DNA of 23,857 nt from Abditibacteriaceae bacterium (GCA_031425655.1 JANPJS010000010.1:1-23857), one strand, 5' to 3'; counted from the stretch's first letter, positions 9,169-18,821 are shown. A program made the numbers and translations. Notes: a model not told the origin generated them from the letters alone.

Positions 9169-9272
9169 AAGGATGAAGGCGGAAGGATGAAGGATGAAAA
9201 AGCGCCTACGATGCGTAATCCAACGGCGCGGAGCGCCCAATTTCATCCTTCATCCTTCATCCTTCATCCTTC
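9169..9272. repeat. Heptamer-repeat inverted repeat (AAGGATG x4 / CATCCTT x4) with ~40-nt spacer
   Basis: AAGGATGAAGGCGGAAGGATGAAGGATGAAA at 9169-9199 and TTTCATCCTTCATCCTTCATCCTTCATCCTTC at 9241-9272, directly after the rodA stop. Confidence 0.9.
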
Positions 9273-9277
9273 CAATG

Positions 9278-10525
9278 TCACCATGACTGCATTCGGCGCT
9301 GTCGGATGGCGATGCTTTGCAAAAGTCCGACTCCGGCGGCGAATGCGATGTAACTGGAGCCGCCGTAAGAGAAAAACGGCAGCGGCACGCCGGTGATGGG
9401 CATGACGCGCATCGTCATGCCCAAATTAATAATGGCGTGATAGGCCAAAAGTGCCGTGAAACCGCCCGCGATGAGCGTGCCGAAATAGTTTTCTGTGGCT
9501 GTGGCGATGAAAGCGGTGCGCGTCAGCAAGGCGAGATAAAACATAATCAGCAGAGCGGCGCCGGCAAAACCAAGCTCTTCGGCGACGACGGTGAAAATGA
9601 AATCGGTGTTGTTTTCGGGCACCCAGCCGCCGCGTTTTTGCATTCCCTGACCCCAGCCCTGCCCGGTGACTTGCCCGGCGCCGATGGCGATCTGGCTTTG
9701 CGTAACTTGATAGGCGGCGCGTTTGGCTTCGGCACTGCTGGGGCTGGGATTGAGGAAAACCGTCAGGCGGTCTACTTGATGCGGCTTGAGAATACCCACT
9801 TTCCACGCGATTCCAAAAAGCGCGACGACGCAAAAAACGACCAGTCCGAGATGGCGCAAGCGCGCGCCGCCGAAGAAGAGCATTCCAAACCAGATGGCGC
9901 CAATCGCCATCATGGTGCCGAAATCGGGCTGTTTCATAATCAGCAGCAAAACGGGCGCAATGTAAAGCAGCGAAGTCAGCAAAACGGCGGGTTCACGGAT
10001 GCGCTCTTGTCGGCGGCACAGAAAGCCCGCGAGCGTGACTAAGACGAAGAATTTGCTGAATTCCGCCGGCTGAAGCGCGAAAGGGCCAAGTTTAAACCAC
10101 GATTTAGCGCCGTTGATGACGTGTCCGAACGCCAAAACCATCGTGAGCAGGCCGAGATTCAAAACGTAAAGCCAGCCTTGCAAATAAATGAGCCATTGAA
10201 AATCGAAAAGCGCCAGACCGATGAGCAAAGTCATGCCCAACGCGATCCACATTCCCTGCTTCACGGCATCGCTGCGCGGCGACGGCGTGGCAATCGCCGG
10301 CACGCGGCTGACGGCGGCTTCGGCGGCGCTGTCGGGCGTCAGCGAAGTGCCGACGGATGCCGGAGGCCGCGCGCTCATCACATCGTCTTTGGCCAAAGTC
10401 GCCGAAACTACGGTCAAAGCGCCCCACAATGACAGCGCCAGCACGATCAGCATGAGAGGCCAATCGAAGCCGCGCCAGCCGCCGCGCAAAGCGGCATCGG
10501 AAGTGACGGGTGGGGTGGGAGACAT
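9278..10525 (-). CDS. rodA: SEDS family peptidoglycan glycosyltransferase, RodA-like
   Basis: GAKSW...QPAEFSK, QPDFGT, YQVTQSQIAIGAG, PENNTDFIF, GVPLPFFSYGGSS. Start is uncertain: ATG 10525 was chosen because upstream starts run into a REP element. Confidence 0.88.
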   Translation of the reverse strand: MSPTPPVTSDAALRGGWRGFDWPLMLIVLALSLWGALTVVSATLAKDDVMSARPPASVGTSLTPDSAAEAAVSRVPAIATPSPRSDAVKQGMWIALGMTLLIGLALFDFQWLIYLQGWLYVLNLGLLTMVLAFGHVINGAKSWFKLGPFALQPAEFSKFFVLVTLAGFLCRRQERIREPAVLLTSLLYIAPVLLLIMKQPDFGTMMAIGAIWFGMLFFGGARLRHLGLVVFCVVALFGIAWKVGILKPHQVDRLTVFLNPSPSSAEAKRAAYQVTQSQIAIGAGQVTGQGWGQGMQKRGGWVPENNTDFIFTVVAEELGFAGAALLIMFYLALLTRTAFIATATENYFGTLIAGGFTALLAYHAIINLGMTMRVMPITGVPLPFFSYGGSSYIAFAAGVGLLQSIAIRQRRMQSW

Positions 10526-10547
10526 GGGTGTGGGAGGGGCTGGTGGT

Positions 10548-10774
10548 TTGTAGGGGCGCAACAGGTTACGCCCCATAGTCATCAAGCTAAGAACTTCGCC
10601 TGTGTTCACCCCATTAAAATGGGGCGCTATTCTTACAAAGTCCGCCTGCGCGGACTAAGTTTCGAGTCCGCGAAGGCGGACTTCGTAGCGGTAGCCCCCG
10701 ATTTCAATCGGGGGAGCGAGTGGACGATGCCTTAAGTTGATACCTATGAGGCGCAACCCGTTGCGCCCCTACAA
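10548..10774. repeat. Nested GTAG-type REP/REPIN-like cluster
   Basis: Outer IR 10548-10578/10744-10774 (28/31, GTAGGGGCGCAAC...). Inner palindromes at 10609-10624 and 10691-10714 (GTAGCCCCCGATTTCAATCGGGGG). Core IR 10639-10656/10665-10682 (17/18). Confidence 0.88.
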
Positions 10775-10795
10775 GGCCGCTTTGCTTTTGCGCGT

Positions 10796-11596
10796 CTACT
10801 TCTTTTTCCGCTTCGGCGGCAGCTTTTTGATCGGCGCTTCCTCTTCTTCGGGTTCTTCTTCGACGATGGGTTCGAGTTCCTCGACTTTAAAGCCTTCAAA
10901 GTTGGGCGAAAACTCGTTGGTGGACAGATTGACCGCGAAGATTCCCGTTGTCAGTTTCGGCGCATCGCTGAGCGTTTTGATGTCCAGCACCTGCCATTCT
11001 TCGCCATCCTGACTGACCGCGCCATAAACTTTTTTGCCGTGCCGTTCCATGCGAAAATAAAGCGGCGTTTTGGCCTCGACGCGGTTATCCGGCGCCGCGC
11101 CGAAGCGTTGCACGGCGCCGTTCAAACGCGCCTCGAAGCTCATAACGTGAATCGGCTGCGTGGTGTTGGGCTTGACGTAAGCGGCGCGTTCGAGGCGAAT
11201 GTAATTGCGATTATCGAGCATGATGAAAACGCCTGCGCCTTGATAAGCGGGGCGATTGGGCGCGACCGGCCCGCCCGGATTGAACTCGCCGGAGATTTTG
11301 ACTTGAATAGCGAAATCGGCCCCGCCTTCCTGAACGATGCGCGGCGCGTTCATTTTCACGCGTTCGGCGCTGAAATCGTGCTCCCAACCGGGCACCGTAA
11401 TGGTCAATTTGTCTTTGGCGACCGCGTATTTGCAGTCCACATCGGGGTCTTGCCAGCGGCCCCAGTGCGGGATGAGGTTGGCATCGGGTTTGGCGTCCGG
11501 CGCCGGCACTTCGTCCGCCGCGCGCGAAGCCGAAGAAAACAAACCGACGCTGGAACACAGCAAAGCCAGAGTTGGCACAAAGTGATGTCGAAGCAT
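10796..11596 (-). CDS. Secreted DUF1349-like (ConA-fold) protein
   Basis: Signal peptide ending ASRA. NAPRIVQ...DFAIQVKI...YQGAGVFI..DNRNYIRLE...YFRMERHG...SQDGEEW. Acidic/basic tail. AAGGA RBS before ATG 11596. Confidence 0.75.
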   Translation of the reverse strand: MLRHHFVPTLALLCSSVGLFSSASRAADEVPAPDAKPDANLIPHWGRWQDPDVDCKYAVAKDKLTITVPGWEHDFSAERVKMNAPRIVQEGGADFAIQVKISGEFNPGGPVAPNRPAYQGAGVFIMLDNRNYIRLERAAYVKPNTTQPIHVMSFEARLNGAVQRFGAAPDNRVEAKTPLYFRMERHGKKVYGAVSQDGEEWQVLDIKTLSDAPKLTTGIFAVNLSTNEFSPNFEGFKVEELEPIVEEEPEEEEAPIKKLPPKRKKK

Positions 11597-11738
11597 GAAA
11601 ATTAGTCCTTTCGGGTTCGGTGTAAAAAGTATAAGCGGTTCATTTGACAAAGCGAGTGAAGAATCGAGTTAAGCAACGGAACCGGGCACCAAATGTCGGA
11701 AAGGCTTCGCTGTTGCAATCTCGAACTTCGAAGGAACG

Positions 11739-13118
11739 ATGCAAATTATGAGAATTTCCCCGCTTCTGGCGTTGGGCGCTTTGGCTTCGGCTCCGTTGGC
11801 CGCTGCGCCCGCCAAACCGAATGTCGTTTTCATTTTGGCCGACGACTTAGGCTACGGCGATTTGGGCTGCTACGGCCAGAAAAAAATCCAGACGCCGAAC
11901 CTCGACCGCTTGGCCAAAGAAGGAATGCGTTTCACGCAATGCTATGCCGGTTCGACGGTTTGCGCGCCCTCGCGCGGCGCGCTGATGAGCGGAAAACACA
12001 CCGGACACGCCACGATTCGCGGCAATGGCGCGCCCGAAGTTCCGCTTCGCGCCGATGAAATCGCGTTGCCGCAGGTTTTCAAAACGGCGGGCTATTCAAC
12101 GGCGCTTTTCGGCAAATGGGGCGTGGGCGGCAACGACACAACCGGCGCGCCGAACGCCAAAGGCTTCGACACCTTTTTGGGCTATCTCACGCAATACGCC
12201 GCGCACGATTACTATCCGCAATTTCTTTGGAGCAACAAAGAAAAATATCCTCTGGAAGCCAATGCCGAAGGCAAAAAAGGCACTTACACGCATGATTTAT
12301 TTATGCAGGAATCGCTAAAATGGGTGCGCGAAAACCATACGAAGCCGTTTTTTCTGTATTTGCCGCTCACGATCCCGCACGCCAACAACGAAGAGCGTCC
12401 CAACGGCCAACAAGTGCCTTCCGACGCGCCCTATTCCGACGAAGCGTGGCCCCAGCCCGAAAAAAACTTCGCCGCAATGATTACGCGCATGGACAGCGGC
12501 GTCGGCGAATTGATGACGCTGCTCAAGGAACTGAACCTCGACGAAAATACGCTAATAATTTTCACCAGCGACAACGGCCCGCACAACGAAGGCGGGCACA
12601 AGTCCGACTTTTTCGACAGCAACGGCGCGTTGCGCGGCATCAAGCGCGATTTATACGAAGGCGGCATTCGCGTGCCGATGATCGCGCGCTGGCCCGGAAA
12701 AATCAAAGCGGACGCCACCAGTGAGCAGGTTTGGGCCTTTTGGGACGTTTTGCCGACGGTTGCCGATTTAATCGGCCAACCGATTCCGCAAGGCATTGAC
12801 GGCGTTTCGATTTTGCCCGCTTTGCTCCAGCAAAAGCCGGTCGCGCATCCGCCGCTTTACTGGGAATTCCACGAGCGCGGCTTTTCGCAGGCCGTGCGCG
12901 AGGGCGATTGGAAAGGCGTGAAACCCGGCCCGAAACAAGCGGTGCAGCTTTTCGATTTGTCGCAGGACATCGGCGAAACCAATAATATCGCTATGGCGCA
13001 TCCCGAAGTCGCCGCGCGACTGGAACTGCTTTTGCGTGAATCTCGCAGCGAAAGCCCGTTATGGCCGACACCGAAAAATGATGCGAAAGCACCGCGTCCC
13101 GTGCAAAGCCGCGAATAA
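11739..13118 (+). CDS. Secreted Cys-type sulfatase (S1 family; S1_20-like by motifs)
   Basis: [37 protein letters not shown]. Sec signal. Alternative start at 11748. Confidence 0.95.
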   Translation: MQIMRISPLLALGALASAPLAAAPAKPNVVFILADDLGYGDLGCYGQKKIQTPNLDRLAKEGMRFTQCYAGSTVCAPSRGALMSGKHTGHATIRGNGAPEVPLRADEIALPQVFKTAGYSTALFGKWGVGGNDTTGAPNAKGFDTFLGYLTQYAAHDYYPQFLWSNKEKYPLEANAEGKKGTYTHDLFMQESLKWVRENHTKPFFLYLPLTIPHANNEERPNGQQVPSDAPYSDEAWPQPEKNFAAMITRMDSGVGELMTLLKELNLDENTLIIFTSDNGPHNEGGHKSDFFDSNGALRGIKRDLYEGGIRVPMIARWPGKIKADATSEQVWAFWDVLPTVADLIGQPIPQGIDGVSILPALLQQKPVAHPPLYWEFHERGFSQAVREGDWKGVKPGPKQAVQLFDLSQDIGETNNIAMAHPEVAARLELLLRESRSESPLWPTPKNDAKAPRPVQSRE

Positions 13119-13126
13119 AATCTGTC

Positions 13127-13606
13127 ATGACGATTCGTCGCGCGACGACCGCAGATGGTGCTTTATTGGCGAGTCTGAGCAAAACTGTGCAGCGTCTGCA
13201 CGCCGAAGCCCGCCCCGACAAATTTAAGCCGCACGGCGACTCCGAAACATTGACGCTTTGCTATCAGGGCATGATCGACAGCCCTGAAACCCATGTTTTT
13301 ATCGCCGAAACAGACAACCATGCTGTCGGCTATGTTATCGCTAAGGTTATGCGCCGGCCTGAAAATCCCTTTACCCACGCTTTGGAAAGCGTGTTCGTTG
13401 ACCAATTTTGCGTTGTGGACGGCGAGCAGAGCAAAGGTTACGGCTCGCAGCTAATGGAAGCGGTTTATGAAGTGGCTCGTGCCGAAAACATCCAAGAAAT
13501 ACAGTTGGATGTGTGGAATTTCAATGTCCATGCGTTGGAGTTTTATCAAAAGCGCGGTTTCGTGCTTTATAATCAACGCCTCGAAATGCGTCTCGACGAG
13601 AATTAA
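13127..13606 (+). CDS. GNAT family N-acetyltransferase
   Basis: MTIRRAT..D, acetyl-CoA motif QSKGYGSQLM, LDVWNFNVHALEFYQKRGF. Confidence 0.92.
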   Translation: MTIRRATTADGALLASLSKTVQRLHAEARPDKFKPHGDSETLTLCYQGMIDSPETHVFIAETDNHAVGYVIAKVMRRPENPFTHALESVFVDQFCVVDGEQSKGYGSQLMEAVYEVARAENIQEIQLDVWNFNVHALEFYQKRGFVLYNQRLEMRLDEN

Positions 13607-13609
13607 CTT

Positions 13610-15127
13610 ATGAAAAGCGTCTTCGCTACTCTTGCTGTGTTGTCTCCCCTTTCTACGTCGGTGGCACACGCCGCGCCAAAGCCGAATATCGTCGTGATTT
13701 ACGCCGACGATTTGGGTTACGGCGATTTAAGCTGCTACGGCGCCACGCGCGTGCAAACTCCGAACGTGGACAGGCTGGCGCAAGGCGGTGTGCGTTTCAC
13801 CGACGCGCACACGACTTCGGCGACTTGCACGCCGTCGCGTTATTCTCTGCTGACCGGCGAATATGCATGGCGTAAAAAAGGCACCGGCATTTTGCCGGGC
13901 GATGCCGGACTGATTATCGAGCCGGGCCGCGCTACGCTGGCTTCGATGCTCAAACAAGCCGGTTACAGCACCGGCGTGGTGGGGAAATGGCACCTCGGAC
14001 TTGGCCCGCAGAGCGGCCCGGATTGGAACGGCGAAATCACGCCCGGCCCGAATCAAATCGGCTTCGATTACAGTTTCATCATGGCCGCGACCGGCGACCG
14101 CGTGCCCTGCGTTTACGTGGAAAACGGGCGCGTCGTCAATCTCGACCCGCAAGACCCGATCAAAATCAGCTACAACACGCCGTTCGAGGATGAGCCGACC
14201 GGCGCGAAGCAGCCCGAACTGCTGAAAATGAAGCCGAGCCACGGCCACAACAACGCCATCGTCAACGGCATCAGCCGCATCGGGCACATGAAAGGTGGCA
14301 AAGCGGCGCTGTGGAACGACGAAGACATGGCCGAGACTTTCACGCAGCGCGCCGTCTCGTTTTTAGAAAAGCAAACGCCGGACACTCCGTTTTTTCTTTA
14401 TCTGTCCACGCATAATATCCACGTTCCCCGCGTGCCGCATCCGCGCTTTACCGCCAAAACGCCGATGGGGCCGCGCGGCGATGCGATTGCCGAACTCGAT
14501 TGGAGCGTCGGCGAAATCGCAAAAACGCTCGACCGCTTGAAGCTCGCCGACAATACTCTTGTGATTATCAGCAGCGACAACGGCCCGGTCGTCAACGACG
14601 GTTATTTTGATGAATCCATCGTCAAATTGGGCGATCACAAGCCCGCAGGGCCGTTTCGAGGCGGCAAATACAGCGCCTTTGAAGGCGGCACGCGCGTGCC
14701 GTTTATCACGCGCTGGCCCGCTCGCATCAAGCCGGGCGTTTCCGATGCGCTGGTGTCGCAGGTGGATTTTCTCGCTTCCTTTGCCGCGCTCACCGGCCAG
14801 AAATTGAGCGACAACGCTGCGCCCGACAGCTTCGACGTGCTGCAGGCGCTGCTGGGTGAATCGAAAGCCGGGCGCGAAAATTTAGTCGAACAGGCGGGCG
14901 TGCTTTCGCTCCGTCAGGGCGATTGGAAATACATCGAAGCCGGGCAGGGCGCGAAGAAAAATGCGAACACCAACACGGAAACCGGCATAGACCCGCAAGG
15001 CCAGCTTTTCAATTTGTCCGACGACATCGGCGAAACCAAAAACCTCATCGCCGCGCAGCCGCAAAAGGCGCAGGAATTGGCCGCGACACTGAAGAAAATC
15101 CGCGACGATGGCCGCTCCCGGCCTTGA
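13610..15127 (+). CDS. Secreted Cys-type sulfatase (S1_15-like by motifs)
   Basis: PNIVVIYADDLG, CTPSR, GKWHLG, ATGDRVPCVYVEN, SDNG, FEGGTRVP. Signal ending AHA. Confidence 0.95.
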   Translation: MKSVFATLAVLSPLSTSVAHAAPKPNIVVIYADDLGYGDLSCYGATRVQTPNVDRLAQGGVRFTDAHTTSATCTPSRYSLLTGEYAWRKKGTGILPGDAGLIIEPGRATLASMLKQAGYSTGVVGKWHLGLGPQSGPDWNGEITPGPNQIGFDYSFIMAATGDRVPCVYVENGRVVNLDPQDPIKISYNTPFEDEPTGAKQPELLKMKPSHGHNNAIVNGISRIGHMKGGKAALWNDEDMAETFTQRAVSFLEKQTPDTPFFLYLSTHNIHVPRVPHPRFTAKTPMGPRGDAIAELDWSVGEIAKTLDRLKLADNTLVIISSDNGPVVNDGYFDESIVKLGDHKPAGPFRGGKYSAFEGGTRVPFITRWPARIKPGVSDALVSQVDFLASFAALTGQKLSDNAAPDSFDVLQALLGESKAGRENLVEQAGVLSLRQGDWKYIEAGQGAKKNANTNTETGIDPQGQLFNLSDDIGETKNLIAAQPQKAQELAATLKKIRDDGRSRP

Positions 15128-15142
15128 AAACAAGAAGCAACT

Positions 15143-16675
15143 ATGAAAAGCATGAAAAGTCTGGCCACATTCGCCTTACTCGGCATTTTGTCGTCCGCTG
15201 TTTCGGCCCGCGCCGCCAAACCGAACATCGTCTTTATCTTTTCCGATGACCACGCGTATCAGGCGATTAGCGCTTACGGCGACGCGCGCAAACTCATCGA
15301 AACGCCCAACATTGACCGCATTGCTAAAGAAGGCATGAGGTTCGACCGCTGTCTGGTGACGAATTCGATTTGCGGGCCGAGTCGCGCCTCCATTCTGACC
15401 GGAAAGTATTCGCACGCCAACGGTTTTTACAACAACAGCAATTCGCGTTTCGACGGCGCGCAGACGACGTTTCCCAAACTGCTGCAGGCGGCGGGCTATC
15501 AAACCGCAATGATCGGCAAGTGGCACTTGGAAAGCGACCCGACAGGCTTCGATTTCTGGCAGATTTTGCCGGGGCAGGGCGTTTATTACAATCCGATGAT
15601 GAATCGCATGGGCGAGCGCACAAAATTTCCCGGCTACGTCACCGACATCATCACGGATACCTCGCTGGACTGGCTGAAAAAGCGCGACAAAAACAGGCCG
15701 TTTCTGCTGATGAGCCAGCACAAGGCGCCGCACCGCGAATGGTCGCCGGCACTGCGCGATTTGAATTTCGACAACGACCGCAAATATCCCGAACCGGCCA
15801 CGCTGTTCGATGATTACGCCAATCGCGGCATCGCCACGCGCGATCAGGACATGACCATCGCCAAAACCATGACGCCGCACGACAACAAGCTCGTAAAAAT
15901 GGGCCAACTCACCGATGAGCAGCGCACGGAATGGGACGCCTACTACGAGCCGCGCAACGAGGCGTTTCTCAAGGCGAATCTGACCGGACAAGACCTCGTG
16001 CGCTGGAAATATCAGCGCTATATGCACGATTATCTCGGCTGCATCAAAGGCGTGGATGACAACGTGGGGCGCGTTTTGAAATATCTCGATGACGAAGGCT
16101 TGGCCGAAAATACCATCGTGGTTTACGCTTCGGATCAGGGCTTTTTTCTCGGCGAACACGGCTGGTTCGACAAACGCTGGATTTTCGAGGAATCGGTGCG
16201 AACGCCGCTGCTGGTGCGCTGGCCGGGCGTCACTAAAGCAGGCCGCGTCAGCAAAGAACTGGTGTCGAACGTGGACTTCGCGCAAACGCTGCTCGATGCC
16301 GCCGAGGTGCCGATTCCCGCCGCAATGCAAGGCCGCAGCTTTGTGCCGATTCTCAAAGGAAAAACCCCGCGCGACTGGCGCAAGGCGTTTTACTATCATT
16401 ACTACGAGTTCCCGGCGCCGCACCGCGTGCGCCCGCACTACGGAGTCATCACCGACCGCTATAAGTTGGTGCATTTCTACGGCACGGCGGACGATTACTG
16501 GGAGCTTTACGACCGCGAAAAAGACCCGCAAGAGCTACGCAGCGTATACGGCCAGACGACTTACGCCAAAACGCAGAAGTTTTTGCATCAAGAGCTAACG
16601 CGCCTGCGCGCCGAACTCAAAGTGCCCGAAAACGACCCACCGCACGCGTTCGGCAACCAGCCGATTGGAAAGTGA
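15143..16675 (+). CDS. Secreted Cys-type sulfatase (S1_11/GlcNAc-6-sulfatase-like by motifs)
   Basis: [53 protein letters not shown]. Confidence 0.95.
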   Translation: MKSMKSLATFALLGILSSAVSARAAKPNIVFIFSDDHAYQAISAYGDARKLIETPNIDRIAKEGMRFDRCLVTNSICGPSRASILTGKYSHANGFYNNSNSRFDGAQTTFPKLLQAAGYQTAMIGKWHLESDPTGFDFWQILPGQGVYYNPMMNRMGERTKFPGYVTDIITDTSLDWLKKRDKNRPFLLMSQHKAPHREWSPALRDLNFDNDRKYPEPATLFDDYANRGIATRDQDMTIAKTMTPHDNKLVKMGQLTDEQRTEWDAYYEPRNEAFLKANLTGQDLVRWKYQRYMHDYLGCIKGVDDNVGRVLKYLDDEGLAENTIVVYASDQGFFLGEHGWFDKRWIFEESVRTPLLVRWPGVTKAGRVSKELVSNVDFAQTLLDAAEVPIPAAMQGRSFVPILKGKTPRDWRKAFYYHYYEFPAPHRVRPHYGVITDRYKLVHFYGTADDYWELYDREKDPQELRSVYGQTTYAKTQKFLHQELTRLRAELKVPENDPPHAFGNQPIGK

Positions 16676-16681
16676 TTGAAG

Positions 16682-16760
16682 AACGGGAAGGCGGAAAGAC
16701 GGGAAGAAAATTCAGTTTCTTCCCGTCTTTCCGTCTTTCCGTCCTTCCGTCCTTTCCGTT
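16682..16760. repeat. Octamer-repeat hairpin (ACGGAAAG/CTTTCCGT units)
   Basis: Perfect 18-bp IR 16692-16709/16716-16733, with additional degenerate units on the right arm. Confidence 0.88.
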
Positions 16761-16772
16761 GAAAACAAGACC

Positions 16773-18631
16773 ATGACACGAATTCATTTGATTCTTCTTT
16801 TGCTCATGACGAATGTCGCGCAGGCGCAAAACAAACCCAACATCCTCTGGCTGACCAGCGAAGATCACGGCCCGCACATGGGCTGCTACGGCGACGCCAA
16901 CGCCACGACGCCCAACGTAGACGCGCTGGCGAAAAAGGGCATGATTTACCGCTTTTGCTGGTCGAACGCGCCGGTTTGCGCTCCGGCGCGCAGCACGCTG
17001 ATCAGCGGCATGTATCCGCCTTCGACCGGCGCCGAACACATGCGCAGCATGGTGCCGATGCCGCGCGGCACGCAGATGTATCCGCAGCTATTGCGCGCCG
17101 CCGGTTACTACTGCACCAACAACGCGAAAGAAGATTACAACCTCGAAAAACCCGGCCCTGTCTGGGATGAATCGTCGAAAAAAGCGCACTGGCGCAGTCG
17201 CCCGCCCGCCGCGCCGTTTTTTGCCGTGTTCAACTCCGAAAAAAGCCACGAAAGCAAGCTGCGCATTCGCCCGCACACCGCGATTCACGACGCGGCCAAA
17301 GTGCGCGTGCCGGCCTATCATCCCGATACGCCCGAAGTGCGCCGCGATTGGGCGCAGTATTACGACACGGTGACCGAAGCCGACGCCGATGCCGGAGCGC
17401 GCCTGAAGGAACTCGAAGCCAGTGGCCTGGCCGAAGACACCATCGTTTTCTACTTCGCCGACCACGGCAGCGGCATGCCGCGCAACAAGCGCTGGCCGTA
17501 TAACAGTGGCTTGCAGGTGCCGCTGGTGGTTTACATTCCCGAAAAATTCAAGGATTTGCGCTCGCCCGATTATCAGGCGGGCGGCGTTTCACAGCGCCTC
17601 GTCAGCTTCGTGGACTTCGCGCCGACGCTGCTCAGTCTCGCCGGAGTCGCCGCGCCCGCTTGGATGCAGGGCCAGGCGTTTTTGGGAAAATTCATCGCCG
17701 CGCCGCGCGAATTCGTGTTTGGTTTTCGCGGACGCATGGACGAAAAATACGACTGCGTGCGCAGCGTCAGCGATGGGCGCTTCGTCTACGTTCGCAACTT
17801 CCGGCCCGATAAAATCTACGGGCAACATCTGGAATATCAGTGGCAAACGCCGACCACGGTGGTGTGGGAAAAGCTTTTCAAGGCCGGCAAGCTGAACGCC
17901 GCGCAAAGCGCCTACTGGAAAACCAAGCCCGCCGAAGAGCTTTACGATTTGCAAAGCGACCGCGACGAGGTGAACAACCTCGCGGCGCTGCCGCAGAGCG
18001 CGGCGACGCTGAAAAAACTGCGCGCCGCCTTGAGTGAGTGGCAGTTCAAAATTCGCGATGTCGGGTTGATGCCCGAAGCCGAAATGCACCGCCGCAGTGC
18101 TGGTTCCACGCCCTACGATATGGCGCATGACGCGGCGTTTCCCATGGACATTCTCCACACCATGGCGGACGTGGCCACGCTTAACGGCGCATTCGCTACC
18201 GGGTTGGAAAGAGCACTCGGCCATGCCGACAGCGGCGTGCGCTACTGGGCGGTGCTGGGTCTGACGATGCGCGGCGCAGCGGCGGTGCAAAACGCGCACG
18301 ATGGCCTCGCAAAGCTGCTGGACGACGCTTCGCCCGACGTGCGAATCGCCGCCGCGCAGGCGTTGGTGCGCCACGGCAGCGAAGCCGAAGCCACGGCAGC
18401 GAAGCCGAAGCCACGCGCGCGTTGGCGCTTTTGGGCCGCCTGGCCGACGCCAAACAAAACGGCGTTCTGGTGGCGATGGCGGCGCTCAACGCGATTGACG
18501 CACTGGAAGAAAAAGCCAAGCCGCTGGCCGCGCTGATCAAAACCCTGCCCGAAACCGGCCCCTCGCCCGACCCGCGCTTTGCGCCGTGCGTGCCGCGTTT
18601 GCTGGAAGAATTGCGGGCGCGGTTTCGTTGA
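16773..18631 (+). pseudogene. Sulfatase with C-terminal HEAT repeats, frameshifted by a 20-bp tandem duplication (catalytic domain intact)
   Basis: PNILWLTSEDH, CAPAR, ADHG. HEAT motifs DSGVRYWAVLGL and SPDVRIAAAQAL. CCACGGCAGCGAAGCCGAAG occurs twice (18371-18410), and removing one copy joins the frame to ORF 18422-18631, giving 612 aa. Confidence 0.85.
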
Positions 18632-18642
18632 GAAAACTATAT

Positions 18643-18729
18643 GGAGCGTGTGCATCTTGCCCCACACGCTCCCCGGAGGTTAAAACCTCCGGCACCCGGA
18701 GGCTGCGCCTCCAAGCGTGCTCCGCACGC
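18643..18729. repeat. Cluster of four short palindromes (REP-like) after the sulfatase operon
   Basis: GGAGCGTGTG/CACACGCTCC (18643-18672), CCGGAGGT-taaa-ACCTCCGG (18673-18692), GGAGGC-tgc-GCCTCC (18698-18712), GCGTGC-tcc-GCACGC (18715-18729). Confidence 0.7.
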
Positions 18730-18792
18730 ATCGCGTCCGGAATGAGTGTGGCGGCTCATTTTTACGAGCCGGGTTGGGTAGACTTTGGGAAA

Positions 18793-18821
18793 TTGACGGA
18801 CGCGCCGCTATATAGCATTCT
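18793..18821 (+). promoter_or_regulatory. Putative sigma70-like promoter with palindromic operator in the spacer
   Basis: TTGACG-17 nt-CATTCT (weak -10). GCCGCTATATAGCA at 18804-18817. Confidence 0.55.

Noticed and set aside
11644..11675. Sigma70 promoter from a perfect TTGACA upstream of the sulfatase operon
   Set aside because: There is no convincing -10 at 16-18 nt spacing, so it is not supportable as a feature.
13100..13620. GNAT as an integron cassette
   Set aside because: There is no room for an attC site and no integrase in the window.
14680..14700. 21-bp exact repeat with 23837-23857
   Set aside because: Both encode the conserved sulfatase motif EGGTRVP with preferred codons.
15176..16531. 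451-aa antisense ORF and other long shadow ORFs (17589-18374, 21036-21950, 23061-23777, 9317-10042)
   Set aside because: They lie opposite well-supported genes, show no recognisable motifs, and are expected from GC-rich codon bias.
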